Of a stretch of DNA of 64,000 nucleotides, positions 39,480 through 55,540 are shown piece after piece. Within the stretch, counting starts at the first letter, position 1. Each line of letters begins with the position of its first letter. The notes below the pieces were generated by a model. It made no database searches. It saw only the letters and a list, made by a program, of their open reading frames with translations, and had not been told where the DNA came from. Location of the stretch: NCBI GenBank assembly GCA_013265495.1, contig MU058198.1:322419-386418 (forward strand). The letters run 5' to 3'. The translations under genes were made by a program, and so were the position numbers. This stretch comes from Vicugna vicugna (lineage: Eukaryota).

Positions 39480-40084
39480 GCCAGAGTCAGGTCCTACTGG
39501 CCATAAAATCCAAATGTCTCCAGCTGTCAGGCCAGTACCTAAATGTGTGCAGTCGCCCTCAATGGGCGACAGGAGGTGGTATTTGAGAGCAGACAAATGA
39601 AGAGAGTGTGTCCCGCCTGGAGCCTCCACATTCAGTTGAAATGAACACACCGTGCAGCCCTGCACCATCAGACCAGACCCACCTGCTTTAACTCCCAGCA
39701 GGCAACCTTCGCCTTCTACTCTGGAGTCACCAGGACCACCATCTACCTACAGCAGAGTCTGGTGGGCTGGTGGTTCTCAAGTCTACACTGCAACCACCAG
39801 GGGAGCTTTAAAAAAAAAAATCCTGGTGCTCAGGTCCCAGCCCAAAACAACTGAATCATAGTCTCTCGGGGTGGGACCCAGAAATCAGTATTTTAAAAAA
39901 ATCTCCCCAAGTCACTGTAATGTCTGGCTAGGGCTGAAGATGAGTGCAGTGGATGACCAGATGAAGGAGGAAAGGTGGGCACTTCTTCTTCCCACCGTGC
40001 CTCTATGACATCCTTGGTGTCTGACTTATAAGCCCTGAAGAGCATTTCTGTTCTGCCTGCTTTCCACAGCCACTAATAAAAATG

Positions 40085-40700
40085 GATACTGAAGCAACAA
40101 AGATGTCCTGCAGCTGAATGGATAAATCAACTGTGGTACATCCAGATGGTGGATTATTATTTAACACTAAAAAAGAAAAATGAGCTACCAAGTCACGAAA
40201 AGACATGGAGGAAACTTAAATGCATGTTATTAAGGGAAAGAAGCCAATCAGAAAAGGCTACATCCTGTATGATTTCAACTATATAACATTCTGAAGAAGG
40301 CACATCTGTGGCGACAGTAAAGAGATCATTGGTTGTCAGGGGCTGGGGGAAGGAGTGACGGGTGAATAGGTGGAGCACAGAGGATGTTTCGGGCAGTGGA
40401 AATACTCTGAATGACACTAGAATTGTGGGTACATGTCATTATGTATTTGCCCAAACCCATAAAATGTACAACCCAAAGGTGAACCCCAATGTAAACTATG
40501 GACTTTGGGTGATAACGATGTGTCAGTGTAGGTTCGTCAGTTGCAACAAATGTACCATCTGGTGAGGGATGTTGATAATGAGGGAGGCTGTGTGTTGGGA
40601 GCCGGAGACAGAGGAGACATGGGAAATCCCTATGCCTTCCACTCATTTATGCTGTGAACTTAAAACTGCTTCTACAAGAATGAAGTCTTTTTTTTTAAAA
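40085..40700 (+). mobile_element. L1MC-type 3' fragment
   Basis: GAATGGATAAATCAACTGTGGTACATCCAG...GTAAACTATGGACTTTGGGTGATAA motifs. Confidence 0.8.
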
Positions 40701-41109
40701 AAATCAACACTGAATAAGTGCTTCCAACTCATTCATTCATCAGGCACCACTGAGCCCCCAGGGCCTGAGCCAGCTGAGTGCTGCGAGGTCAGGGTGTCTG
40801 CCAGGTGGCTGGCCTCTGCTGTGTGACACTGGGCAGTGAATTTAGCCTTCCTGTGACTCAGTGATTTCCTCCATGTCAAACGTCAGCTTGAGGCACCTGG
40901 GTCTCAAGTCCTGTGGCCATTCCAAGTGGGGCTGGCGACCCAGGGTCCCGGACCTATGGGCCCTGCTGAGGTGGAGAGAGATTTTGCACAATGGTGGGAA
41001 GGCAGCAGGGTTTTCTGACATTAGAACAATATCCTGTGCAAAAGGGGGGAGAAAAAGGTCTCCTGAGTCACTGGAGGAAATTACTCTGGTCAGTGGAGAG
41101 GGAGGAAAC

Positions 41110-41410
41110 TGTGTGCACATGTGTGTACATGCACGTGCTTAGGTGTGATTACGTATGTGAGGGTGGGGGGTGGTGGCCGTGACAGTGGAGTGTGTACATG
41201 TGAATGCTTGTGGGCAAATGTGAATGTGTGTATGTATGAACTTGCATGAGACTTGGTGTCTGTATGAGGATGCAGACCTGTGACTCTAAGTGTGTGTATT
41301 GCTGTGAGTTGTGGGTGTGTGTGGTGGAGATATATATAATGTGTGACTACGTACACACGTGCACATTTGTGTGAGTCAGCATGGTGTGTTATGAGCTGGG
41401 TGTTGGTGGG
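41110..41410. repeat. Degenerate (TG)-rich low-complexity tract
   Basis: Direct reading. Confidence 0.7.
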
Positions 41411-41752
41411 CAAGTTACTTAACTTTTCTGTGCCAAAGTTCTCCTATGTCTAAAATGAAGATACGTGGTGAATTTTTACCACCCCTGCCATTGACATGTG
41501 GAGTCCATGCCATTTCCCTTGAACCTGGGCAGGACCTATGGTTTGTTCTGACCTGCAGTTCTACATTTGCACACATGGAACACTTCCCCTTGGAACCCAG
41601 CGGCTGAGGCCTGAGAAGCAAGAGCTAAATGGTGAGGCCACATGGAGGGAAACTGGGGCATGCAGGTCCAGGGCCGGCTGAGCTCACAGCCCATGGGAGG
41701 GAGTCCTACTGGACAGGCTTGTGGTCCCAGTTGTCATCACAAGGAGCAAAAC

Positions 41753-42348
41753 TGAAACCGAGCAGGACACTGCAGGGCCCTCCCTAGAACAAGCCCCTTC
41801 AGGTCCCCACTTCTTGTTTGTAGAAAAAGCTTTAGTCTCCTAGGCCTTCCCCTGGGTTCCAGAGAGCAAGCTTGAACAGTTAATGATCAGAGAAGTGAAA
41901 ACAATAGGGTCACAGGACTTCTAGTTCCTCCTGAAGGGACACAGATAACAATCTGATGCATATCTTTGAGTTGTTCTGCAGAAACTAAGACACCCCCACA
42001 ACTCACCCCCAAGGAGGATGGTGACTACATATTGACCACAAGCCTGTAGACTCCGTACTGGTTGGAACCAGAAGGTGGATGATTGAGATTCCTGAAACAT
42101 CACCCTGTGACCTCACGACCAGCCAACCAGAAGAAGGTCCATGAGCCGGTCACGCATCCTGCAACTCCTAATGTTGCCTTTCAAAACCCTCACCTGACAG
42201 CCGTTGCGAAGGTCTTTTGAGCCCAGCTGCCTGTTCTCCTTGTTTGGTGCCCTGCAATAAATGCTGCACTTTCCTTCAGCACAACCCCATGTCTGTCAGC
42301 TGGCTTTGCTGTGCAGCAGGCAAGCGGACTCAAACTCAGTTCATAACA
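41753..42348 (+). mobile_element. ERV1-type solo LTR nested in an older MLT1 LTR (~41490-42463)
   Basis: TGAAACCGAGCAGGACACTG ... AATAAA (42256) ... CAGTTCATAACA. MLT1 sequence resumes with TTTTAAGCCACTAAATTTTAGGGTGGTTAGTTATGCAGCAATAGATAACTGATAC. Confidence 0.75.
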
Positions 42349-42493
42349 GAATGACCAGCAGAGCTCAGTTAACACACAGACTCATGAGAGATAATAATGG
42401 TGGTGGTGATTTTTAAGCCACTAAATTTTAGGGTGGTTAGTTATGCAGCAATAGATAACTGATACTTCAGAGAGTTTTTAGGCACTTAGAACA

Positions 42494-42700
42494 TGGGGTC
42501 AGCCAACTTCAACTGTGAAGGGCCAGGTAGTAAATATTTTAGGTCTGGGAGCCATAGGGTCACTGTCGAAATGACCCAGTGCTGCTGTTGTGGTCCAAAA
42601 GCAGCCACAGACAATGCATCAGTGAGGATGGCTGTGTTCCAATAAAACTTTATTCACATGAACAGGCTGCATTTGGCCCAAGGGCTGGTGTTTGCCTAGA
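42494..42700. mobile_element. MER58A-like MITE
   Basis: GGGGTCAGCCAAC...GGGCCAGGTAGTAAATATTTTAGG...CCAATAAAACTTTATT. Confidence 0.75.
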
Positions 42701-45700
42701 CCTAGAAAACTGCCTGAAATACTGTACGTGCTATAAAAAGTGTTAGCTATGAGTGCATGTGTGTGAGTTCAAGAGTGTGTATGTCTGTGCACGCACATGT
42801 GTACACACGTGTCTGCAGGTGAAGCACGTATCTGGATGAGTCGAAATGCGTGTGGAATCTTTTAATCCTTCTGTGAAAACAAAGCAGCAGGCTCGTACCG
42901 GCCAACGTTTCAACGCAGCTACCCCGGGCCTTCCTGCTTCTATTCTGAGGAGAAAGGGAAGCATCCGTTGGAGAAAATCGGGAGAAGAAAGAGCTGGTGT
43001 GTCCTGTCATTTTCATCTGGGTTGAGTTTGGAGGGAAGCCATCCTCGGTGGCTGGGCTACTGGAGACGCAGCCCCCGCCTTCCTGTCTGCTGAAAGGATG
43101 AAGTCAGCCCTCTGGGGGGAGGGGGAGGGGATGCCATAAAAATGAAAAAGGAACCCTAGAGCTTTTAAGGAGGGGTTTGGAGGAGGGTGGAGAGGAAGCT
43201 ATCCCCCGCCTCCCTGTGGTGGGTAGCTTTTCCAGGCAACTTGTAAACATCTGCCTGCTGGTTTCATTTTGATCTCCTGCTGTGGGACTCCTTAGGGGCT
43301 ACTTCCTGCATGACTAACCTCCTTGGCTCTGTTTGCAAGGATCAGAAATGCATCAAGCGTTCGCTTTGGAGCCAGTAGATGTGGGTTCAAATCCCTGTCT
43401 ACACTTACTTACTAAGTGGCATTGGGGCATTCAGCCTCATCTTGCCCAGCCTCAGTTTCCTTTACTGTGAAATGAAAGTGATATTAACACCATCTCCTCG
43501 GACTGTTACAATGATCAAATGAGGATACTGTGTGTCAAGCCTTTTGGCAAGGAGCTTCGCACACAGTAAGTGCCCTGCCAGATGACACTGAGACAGAACC
43601 CACGGTGGGTTCGTGTACTGGGTTCCAAAATCTCCCAAGACGCCTTCCCTAATTCCCTGGGGCTGCCCTGAATTCCTTCTGAATTTCTGATTTAGCAGAA
43701 TCCTGTTTCTTTCCTTCAAAGCTTTCACCTCTCTTAGTTATTCAGCGCTCATTGGCGTGCTTGTTTGATATGCATCTGACTCCTCCAGCAGACTAAAAGC
43801 TGCAGCCAAATGAGCTGGTATGTTTTGCCGACACCTCTGTCCCCAGGACCAGCACAGGCCTTGGCACACAGTAGGCACTCTGATTATTTACTGAGTGAGT
43901 GAATGGAGATGGAGCACTTCACAATTTGTAATTTTCTGAGGCCCTAGGGAAGAAAATTTTCTCCACATTTTTAATCAACACATGAATTTGAGGGGCTTCC
44001 AAAGGGGTCTTGCAAAATGGGGTTAGGATAGGAGCCCTCTTCAGCATCATCGTGGATTAGTTAGGACAGGCCGGGCTATGCTGCTGAAACAAAGAAACCC
44101 GATGTTTCATTTCTCGGTTCATTGCAGAGGCCCAACATCACAAAGGTTGATTTCTCACTGATGCAAAGGCCAGTATGAATCAGGAGAGTGACATGGACCT
44201 CCGTCCTCTTAGAAATGCCCCAGTTCCATCTTGTGCTGCTGCCATCTTCACACATATCTTTTATTGCCTCTGCAGGATCATGACCAGTCACTTCTGCTCC
44301 CTACCCGCTGGTCAGAACCAGCCACTCGGCCCTGTGTAACTGCAGGGGCGCTGAGAGACGCTGGGTTCCTCAAGGATATTCAGCAAGCAGCAGAAGCATC
44401 TCTGCCACGTGTAGGAAGGGCTCAGACTTCTCAGTCGGTGTACTGGGTCTGGGTTTAGTGAGAGGATGCCGAAATGCATTTTGAAAACATGGAAGTGGAG
44501 ATCCCTGCCAATTAGACTGCTTTTGAAAATCAGTTATTTATCAGAAAAAAATAATTAATCATTACAAACCCTATACTTAACACATGGAGCAGTATTTCCA
44601 GCGCAGTTCCTTGCCATACAAGACCCTGAGGCCTCATCTCCAAATGCCTCAAGCGTTTTTCTCCATGGAAAACGTTTTAATGGTTTCATTTTGATAAGAA
44701 TCAACAGCCACTCATCAGAGGCTTAGCTCTTAATTCGAGGAGACCAATGATTAAATAAACCATAAAGATAAAAATCTTTTAATGAGATAAGGTCTTTAAA
44801 GGCTTTTAGTTTGAGTCTGGTACACAGTGGGACTTCTAGTGTGTTCTCTCCTGGCTTCATTGGAAAGTGACTTGATGGACTGTAATTATTCTTAAGTGCT
44901 GGCTCAAAGTCACCGCGTCTAAGATGGGGGAGGGGGGAGAAATTGAGACAAAGTGTGGGCAAAGCCATTGAATATTCATGAAAAGAGACAGTATTTTATG
45001 AATACAGTATAGGATGTATGTTCTCTCCAGGCTAGAAGATGAAAAAAATGAGGAAACCTTCGCTCTGAATATAGAGGCTTTTCTTTGCTGAGAAGTTTCA
45101 GGGTGACACTGATGACTTCTGTTTTACTAAAAAAAAATTTTTTTTAATTGTTTTCACATCCCTGGGGTTGTAGGAAAGGGGAACCGCTAGCAGGATTAAA
45201 TCCTGTGTCCGCATAGCAATGTTTCTCCTTGGATTCTGTCCTGGGATTTTATTCTCACACCATCACTGCCACCGCTTCAGCTGCCTGTCTCTGACACAAA
45301 GCAAACCTCACACAGACCAGCTGGTGGTTCCACAGCATCTACTGAAAGGCAGAAGGCCATCTGATCTGAGTCTGTGGTTCACAACCCTGGCTGCATGCTA
45401 GAATTGTCCATGGAACTGTAAATGGTACCAAAGCCAGAGAGGGCCAAGTTCAAAAGTGACTCTGCCATTCCCTTCTAAGGTGGATCGCCAGCGTCTTGGA
45501 GATCAGTTCAGACTTCCACTGTGGTTCACAGCTTTGCCATCAAAGTGTGGCCCCTGGATCAGCAGCATTGCCTGCATCTGTCAGAAAGGCAGAACCTTGG
45601 GTGACACCCCAACCTGAGGAATCAGAACTTGCGTTCAAATGAGATGCCCAGGTGGTCTGCAAACTCCAGGTTGAGAAGCTCTGACTTCCAGAACCCCTGT

Positions 45701-45997
45701 GCCCTGGTGCCTTCCTTCCTCTCCCACCTCATCCTCTGCCACTGAAGCCTCCTCCTTCCTGCCCACCCCCACTTTCCAGCCAAACTGACTGCTCCTTTCA
45801 CCTGTGTTTGTGCTTTCCTCTCCAGCCCAACTCCCTTCGCTTAGCGAATTCTTACCTCTCTCCTGGATGTCAACTGAGACGTCACTTCTTGCGAGCAGCC
45901 CTCCCTGATGCCCCTGAACTGCATGAGGTGTCCCTCTTCTGTGCTTCCTCACCTTTCCCCCACCTAGCACCCACCACATTGTGCGGAAATTACTTTT

Positions 45998-46152
45998 TAT
46001 TTTTAATTGATCTTTTTCTGTTTTTTGTGGGGGGAGTATTTAGGTTTATTTTAATTTTAGTTATTTATCTTTAATGGAGGTACTGGGGATAGAACCCAGG
46101 ACCTCATGCATGCTAAGCACATACTTTACCCCTGAACTATATACCCTCCCCC
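45998..46152 (-). mobile_element. tRNA-Ala-derived SINE, vic-1 type (camelid)
   Basis: Same structure as 30763-30903; degenerate TSD GAAATTACTTTT (45986) / GAAATGACTTCT (46155). Confidence 0.85.
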
Positions 46153-46882
46153 TAGAAATGACTTCTTTAATTGCCTGCCTCTCATACCAGTTTGCCAGCT
46201 CGTAAGAGAGACCGTATCTGTCTCGGTCACCCCTGTGTGCCCTCAATGCCTGGGGACAGAAGATACTCAAGAATTGTTGAAAATTAAACGCAATGTGCCC
46301 CACCACACCTTTCCCCTGGGGTAACTGTTTAATCAGCCAGTAGCTGCAGGTTTCCCTACCCATCTGCCTGGCTCCAAGGCTTTGAAGAATCCTACATGGC
46401 CTCCAAGATTCTATCTCTCACTAAGGCTGGTGGTTTTTCATATTAGCAAATGTTTACCATTTGGAGAGGGCCCCGGAGGCCTAAGAGATTTCTGGGCAAA
46501 ATTCTTGAGCTATAAATTAGCCACAGGCCAAGACTTGAGTTGTATTTGGGGTAGTGTGTGAGAGTGGGGGGTGGAGGGGAGGGTTGGAGGTGGGAGGCAG
46601 AGGAGGGGCAGGGCCAGAAGGTTCTTGGTTAGAAAAAGACTTGAAGGTAGGACCCTAGGCTGCCTACAGAACTAGGAACTGGCATAATGAACTCTCACCT
46701 CTGTACGGCACCAATTCTGTACAACGATCCCAGCCTTGCTGTGTCGAACAAGACTCCCATACACCCCGACCCTGAAAGTTGTGGAAGGAACCACAAGCCA
46801 GTGCAGCCCCAGGCCCGCCCTCCAGGAAGATGACAGCACCCCCCCAAACCTGATGTTCAGTCCAGAGGTTTTGACAAGTTCC

Positions 46883-46888
46883 TTTATT
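46883..46888 (-). terminator. Candidate polyadenylation signal of ITPRIPL2
   Basis: AATAAA on the minus strand, followed ~35 nt later by a G/U-rich stretch (GGTTTGGGGGGGTGCTGT). Confidence 0.5.
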
Positions 46889-48276
46889 AATAAAGCAAAG
46901 TATGAAAGAACAAGGTCCCCAAATGACCCATATGATTAAAAGTGCAAATTTACTCCAACCTGAAATAGAAAACAAATGGCTGGCCTCGACTGTTTGGGCC
47001 ATGGAAATGTGGTGTGATTAAAACGCCTTTTTAATCACACAACTGTAGCAGCTGAATCATGTTTGATTACCTCTTTGGTCTCTGTTATTGGAATAAAACA
47101 TAGACTATGACTGCAGCCGATAGACTGTATCATAGTACACAGTTTGGGGTTGGAATACACACTAAAAATAACAATAAACTAAGAGGAATGTTTTAAAGTC
47201 AAGTGACTGAATCAAGGCACTTTTTTTTTTAAAGAAAAAGGTGCTAAAAGTTTTCCTGAATGTCTGATAATTCAATACTTCAAAAACCAGGTTATACATA
47301 ATTTAGCTGCATATTTTTGTCTATTCTGTCTGCATAGATATCTCATATATCTTCATCCTCTCTCAATTTATACTTGCTTTATCTCCAGCAAATCATGTGC
47401 TACATAGGTTAAAAAAAACCACCACAACAACAAAAACAGTAGTGTCTAAGAAACACACATGCAATTTAAAAAAAAATTAACAAATGCCACAATGATAACA
47501 CTGAAGTTTCTTCCTTCTCCAGGGCTACTGGAAACGTTCATTTTTCCCACCGCTGGGGAGGGAGGTCATAACCTTCCTCCATGTGGACACGAGAAGTTAA
47601 GTCTTCATCAAGGTCAAAAGCCACATTTTACAGAAAAAGTGACTTACTCCACGAGGTTAAAAGAGACACTCTGGAAGGTTATTAGGTTAATTCCTTCAGA
47701 ATGCTGGGATGTCAATTTTGGTGGGAGCCACGGAGTCAGAAAGTGATAGAAACATCTGGTCAGAACAGTACTCTTGGCAGCGGGGATGGGCACAAAGCCT
47801 AAAAAGCTGGGTCCAGAGACCAGCACCGATGTTCTGGTGTTACGACCACCAACCACCACTGCTAAGACACGGGCTAGGCAACGACTGAAAAAAATACTAA
47901 CTAATTTAAAACTAAGAATGAAACACAAATAGAGAAGAAACAAGTTATTCTGCAATCCTTCCTGATTACTCATCTGCAAACTCTGACAGAGCCAAGGAAT
48001 TTAGCCCCAGCTCACCAGGAAGGAAATGCCAAGGACTGGCCCCCAGTGGTTTGATGTAAGATCTGACTCCTCGGCTCCAGGGTGGAGAATATTCCTGGGA
48101 CCAAGAGCTCAGTGTCATCTGTGGCCATGTTAATTTTGGGGGTTTGTTTCTACAATAAAGGTTAGCTCTGAGACATAAAGAAGACCTGAAGTATGACACC
48201 CCCTGCCATGTATAACAATATCATACCCATAACAACAAATATGACCTTTATACATACTTGAGGGCTCACTGTAAGG

Positions 48277-48561
48277 CAGGAGTCGCAAACTGGTAGCCCC
48301 CAGTCTCAACCAAATGTCATGTTTGGCCCACATGGTGTTTTGGACATTTTTTAAAATTATGTTGTTTAAAAATCAGAAAGTTTCACTTTTTTAAAAAATG
48401 CTGATTTTTAAAATTTCCAGCCCCACTCGACACCTTTTCCTCCCACATGGAGCTGAGCAACAGCTGCCCCTAAGACGGGCACATTCCTCCCCCCCACAAC
48501 CCGCCCCTTCCCTATTTACCTCCCGACCTCACTCTGCAGGCTGCTGAGTTTGCGACTCCTG
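48277..48561. mobile_element. hAT-Charlie element (MER102-like) within the ITPRIPL2 3'UTR
   Basis: Perfect 15-bp TIRs CAGGAGTCGCAAACT / AGTTTGCGACTCCTG. Confidence 0.75.
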
Positions 48562-51525
48562 GTTTGAAAGAGCACATATCTAAAAACATGTTTCCTAACC
48601 CAAACCTCTCTCGCACCCTCGTACAATCTTCACCCCATCTCTCCACCTGTCCATCTCTTCCTTCCACGTCCATCTTAAGTCCTTCTTCCTGAAATCTTCA
48701 GACTTCTCTTGGTTTGCTCACCTTCTCCCTTCTTTCAGCTTCAGTTTCATTTTGCAAAAAAACATCTCCTCTCAGCCCACGAGCATTCCAGGATGGCTCC
48801 CAAAGGCTGGTCCGTGGGAGTTCCTGAAGGGTTGTCTCAAGGCAAAATGGCTGAGTCATCTTCCCAAAACATTTTCTTCGGGCACTGGCTGGACAATTAA
48901 TCTTCTTTTTTAAAAATCATGAACAGTTTTGAGCTTTCTTGTATGAATATTGTATGAGAATATTTGCATATATGAATCTCCAGTACCAAGTATACACTGA
49001 AAATGTGTACATTTCAGATCAAGGATATGATGGAGCCCCTAATAAAATACATAATTGAGCTTAACTTAAGTGCCTTGGGCAGCCATCATAGCTGGCTACA
49101 AAGCCGTATTATTTCATTTGTACACAGTACATGTTTTGGATTACTAAACATTGATCAAAATTGATCGAAATCTCTTAAGTTTTTGGTTACCATGTTCAGC
49201 ATGGCATTTAAATAAAATATTAATATTTTAAAAATTCACAAACACAATGCCCCATTAATTAAAAAAATAAAATTTAAAAATCTTGAGGATGGATGAGGCT
49301 TTGGGTAACTAACCCTAAAAAAACCAAATGAACAAAGAAACTACAAGAACAGTATGTTACCAGATTCAAACTTCAAAATGCTATTCAAATAAAAAAAAAA
49401 GAAAAGAAAACTATCAACTCAGCTAGAGATATTTGGAAAATTCAGCTTTTAAAGTTTTATAATCCCTCCAGTAGCCTCGCTTTTCCTCACTCCCACTACA
49501 GAGGAAGTTATAGCTGAGAATGGAAATATTATAAATATATATTTATATAAAGATCTACTTACTCTTGGCATTTATTTTAAAAAGTAATTTAAAAAAACAC
49601 TGTGCAGTTTATATCTTTGCAGGAAGTTGGTAGACTGATCCTTTTGCTAAATGCAGTACCTTATGACCTAACACTGACCTCAAAAGCTAAGAATGACTTT
49701 GTGGTGTCAAGGGGAAATGTCCCCAAAACAACCTCAAAGGGACAGCACAACGTTTGCAACTGTTTCTCTTACAGTCCAAGGATGCGAAAGACATATGAAA
49801 TCTCTGCAGCTCTGCTGAGAAGAATTCCCTATAAATCGTTTATTCACAACAGTTTCCCCCGCAGTGGCCAAGTGGGTCCCCTGAAGAAAGTTTTAAGAGT
49901 TCCCTCAAAGTAGCTCAGAAATTAAACAATGGCCCTATTCAGTGGCTACTTCTATCTTCCAAGTTTTACCTTTAAGAGTCTCTGTTTAAAAAAAAAAAAA
50001 AAGACCCAAAGTATAAAAGAAAAGTCCCAAAGTACATCACTGGGGCTGGCTGTATTTTCTATTTGGCAGACAATGACCATTCCAAACTTTGAGTTTCAAG
50101 TCGACTGACGCAGTTGAGGGCTGTTAGAAATTTGGGCGGGCAAGAAGGGATTTCAGAACTGGCTAGCTGCAAAATCCACCCAGCCTAGTGATATTTACGC
50201 CCAAAGAGAAGAAAGAGCAGACATCTGACAAGGGCTGTCTCCCTCCATCTCTCCTCTGCTGTCCTTCTCTGTTGACCGACTGGGAAATAACTGATCTTCA
50301 AGCACAATGCCCAAGATACTGAACTCAAAGTCGAAATGCTTTGCAAGACTTGTGCTGAACCAACCACTCCTTAGGGCCACTTAAAAGCCTGCTTGGGCAA
50401 TGGGAGCAAAACTTCCCAACCACAAAGGATCACTGAGCATTGACTGGGAGCTCTAACTGCAGCCGGGCACTTCCTTATCTCGTTAAACTTGGAAAGAAAT
50501 CCCCATGCAAAGGAGTTTGCTGAGAAGACTTCAAAAAAAAAAGAAGTTTCTGTCTCCAGCCAGCAGCAAGCCCTGGCAACACACCTTGCTAGGTAGAGTG
50601 AAATACATCTTTCTTGAGACCCAACATGTTTTATGCCCTCACCAGAGTTGTCTGAAATATGTAGCTTGTTGCCACTCTGCACTGTGCCTGGCTTATAGCA
50701 GGCACTCAATGAATGGGCATGGACTGGTACCCATCCCTGTGTGCCTGGAGGGATGTTCAGCAGGCCTGCTCGTCAAGCCTGCACTCTTCTTAATAGTTAA
50801 TGTAACTGGCCTCCCTTTCAGATGCAACACTTGGCACAAGCGATTACCACGAAACGAAAGAACTAATAGAAAGAAAGTGCTATTTGCTCTGAAAGTTTCT
50901 CTAAGCAACTCCTGACTGCCTCTCAACAGCAGTGTCTCAGTTCTTCACAATGCTGTCAAACACTTGTGATCATATCATTTAAAAACTATATATGAATATT
51001 AATGTGAATAGTGGAAACTACATTCCTCAGAACCTTAGCCCCTAGAACAGACCTTCATTTCCAGTTGTCAATAAAGATTCAGGTTTTTTTTTTTTTAAGG
51101 ACAATCAGGAACCCAGGACCTACCAAGTAGTTGTGTCAGAAAACCACTCGCTTCTTTAAATTTGGGGGCCAGAGAGATCTGTGTCTAAACTTCCCTAGCA
51201 GTTAGTTCTGGCTTCCCTTACTGGACTTCCCTAAAAGCTGGATCCCTCTGCAGAATCATTCCACACAAACCAACATTTGGATCGACTCTTAGCTGCTGAC
51301 GTTGGACGTCTGGCCCAGGAAGATGCCATAACTATACTGGATTGTCGAGCCAGGAGTGATGTTTAAACATCACTGAAGCCACCAAATGTCACCCTCTGAG
51401 CTTTCCAACACCTTTTGCAGCTCATTTCCTTGCTTTGAACTGGCTTCATTGACACCCCCCACCCCCCACCCGGTGGGTGAGGGAGGTTTCAGGAGCTCTA
51501 GGCCGGGTGAGGGCGATGTCAGGGT

Positions 51526-53960
<2,435 letters not shown>

Positions 53961-55157
53961 TTTGGTCAAACCAACACTCACCGAGCACCTACTATGTGCC
54001 AGGCAGGAGACGAGGTGCTGGGGAAACAGCAAGTTGACAAAATAGACCGGGTTTCTGCCCTTCGAAAAGCTTACAGCCCTTTTAAAGAAGGAAACCGAAA
54101 GAGAAGGGATCTCATAGCAGACAATGCTCTGAAAGAAACAAAACTGTGTGCAGAAGGGAGAAGCTGGAGGCTGGAGGCTCTCTGTGGGGTGACTGTTGGC
54201 TTGCAACCTGAATAAGGAGGAGCCAGCCTTGGAGTAACAATAACAGGCTTTACAAAGACCTACTGTGTGCTAACCATGCATACTCCTCAGTTCCTCCTAT
54301 GAAAGGGACGCTATTATTTTCCCCATTTTTCAGATGAAACAGGCACAGGCAGGTTCAGTCCTTGCCTAAGGTCACACAGCTTTTAGCAGAGCTGGGCCTT
54401 GAACACAGGCATCTGGTTCCAGAGAAGGAGAGGGTGGGAACTGGGTAGTTCCTTCCTCAACTGCTGGGAATTTGTGTCCTTTGGACCTACACTGGGACCT
54501 CAATCGAGGAAGCTTTGTTATTTTTTTCATAATAGGGAGCAACTCCCTGAAATTATGGGCATTTATTTAATTATCTGGATTTAAATAATTAGCTTTAGTT
54601 ATTTACATTCATTGCACCTTCCGTGCTCCCACCACCAATTAAGGAGAGCAAGGGAAAATGCGTTGAAAATATCAGAACCCAAATGCCATCTAGGAATCAG
54701 GACTCAGAGGATGGCCCCTGGCTTAAGCACCAAGATTACTCCCAGGAAAGCCTCTCCGAGTTAAGCAGACATGCATTCAAATCCCCATCTCCGCGACTAT
54801 TAACTATGAACTCAGAGTCTGTTAGTCAGGATTCTTTGGGTTACAAGTGACAGAAACACAGCTTAAAAAGCACTTACTGTGTCATGTTAACTGAGACATC
54901 TCTGGGGGTCCTACTTCAGTGTGGCTGGACTTAGGTACGCTCAATCCACTTCTTAGCTTTCTTCTAAGTGGGCTGCACTCTCTGCCAGGCTCTCTCTGTA
55001 GGCCCCTGCCTGCTCTAGCCTCATGTTATCCTCAGTGTACAGGAAAAGAGAGCTTTGCTTGCCTAAAAGTTGCAGCAGATGTCGTGCCAAGGGGTAACCT
55101 TGGGTCATGCTTAAAGTGACTAAGTAAAAAGAATGCACTGATTAGCCTGGCCTGTGT

Positions 55158-55540
55158 GTGCTATGGACTGAAGTGTGTCCCCTCAAAATTCTTATGTTGA
55201 AGCCCTAACCCCTCAGTGTGACTGTATTTGGATACGGGACTTTTAGCAAATAAAGTTGATAGAGGTCATAAGGGTGAGGCCTTACTCCAACAGGACTGGT
55301 GTTCTTGTAAGAAAAGGGAGAGAGGGAGAAAGAGAGATCTCCACGTGCACCAAGGAAGCGCCTGTGAGGACAAAGTGAGGAGGTGACCTTCTAAAGGTCA
55401 GGAAGAGAGTCCTCAGCAGAAACTGGACCCTCCTGGACCTTGATCTTGGACTTTCCAGCCTCCAGAACTGTGAGAAAATAAATTTCTGTTCTTAAAGCCG
55501 CTCAGTCTGTGGTATTTGTTATTTGCAGCCCCAGCTGACT
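55158..55540 (+). mobile_element. MLT1A-type MaLR solo LTR
   Basis: TGCTATGGACTGAAGTGTGTCCCCTCAAAATTC...CAGTCTGTGGTATTTGTTATTTGCAGCCCCAGCTGACT. Confidence 0.8.

Larger units (their letters stand above)
46860..51525 (-). other. ITPRIPL2: Probable long 3'UTR of ITPRIPL2
   Basis: Repeat-poor stretch, AU/U-rich on the minus strand, from the stop codon to an AATAAA at 46888-46883. Other minus-strand AATAAA occur at 49576-49571 and 49844-49839. The end point is inferred. Confidence 0.55.

Noticed and set aside
49530..49547. 18-bp palindrome TATAAATATATATTTATA
   Set aside because: Pure A/T low-complexity sequence where such symmetry arises easily.
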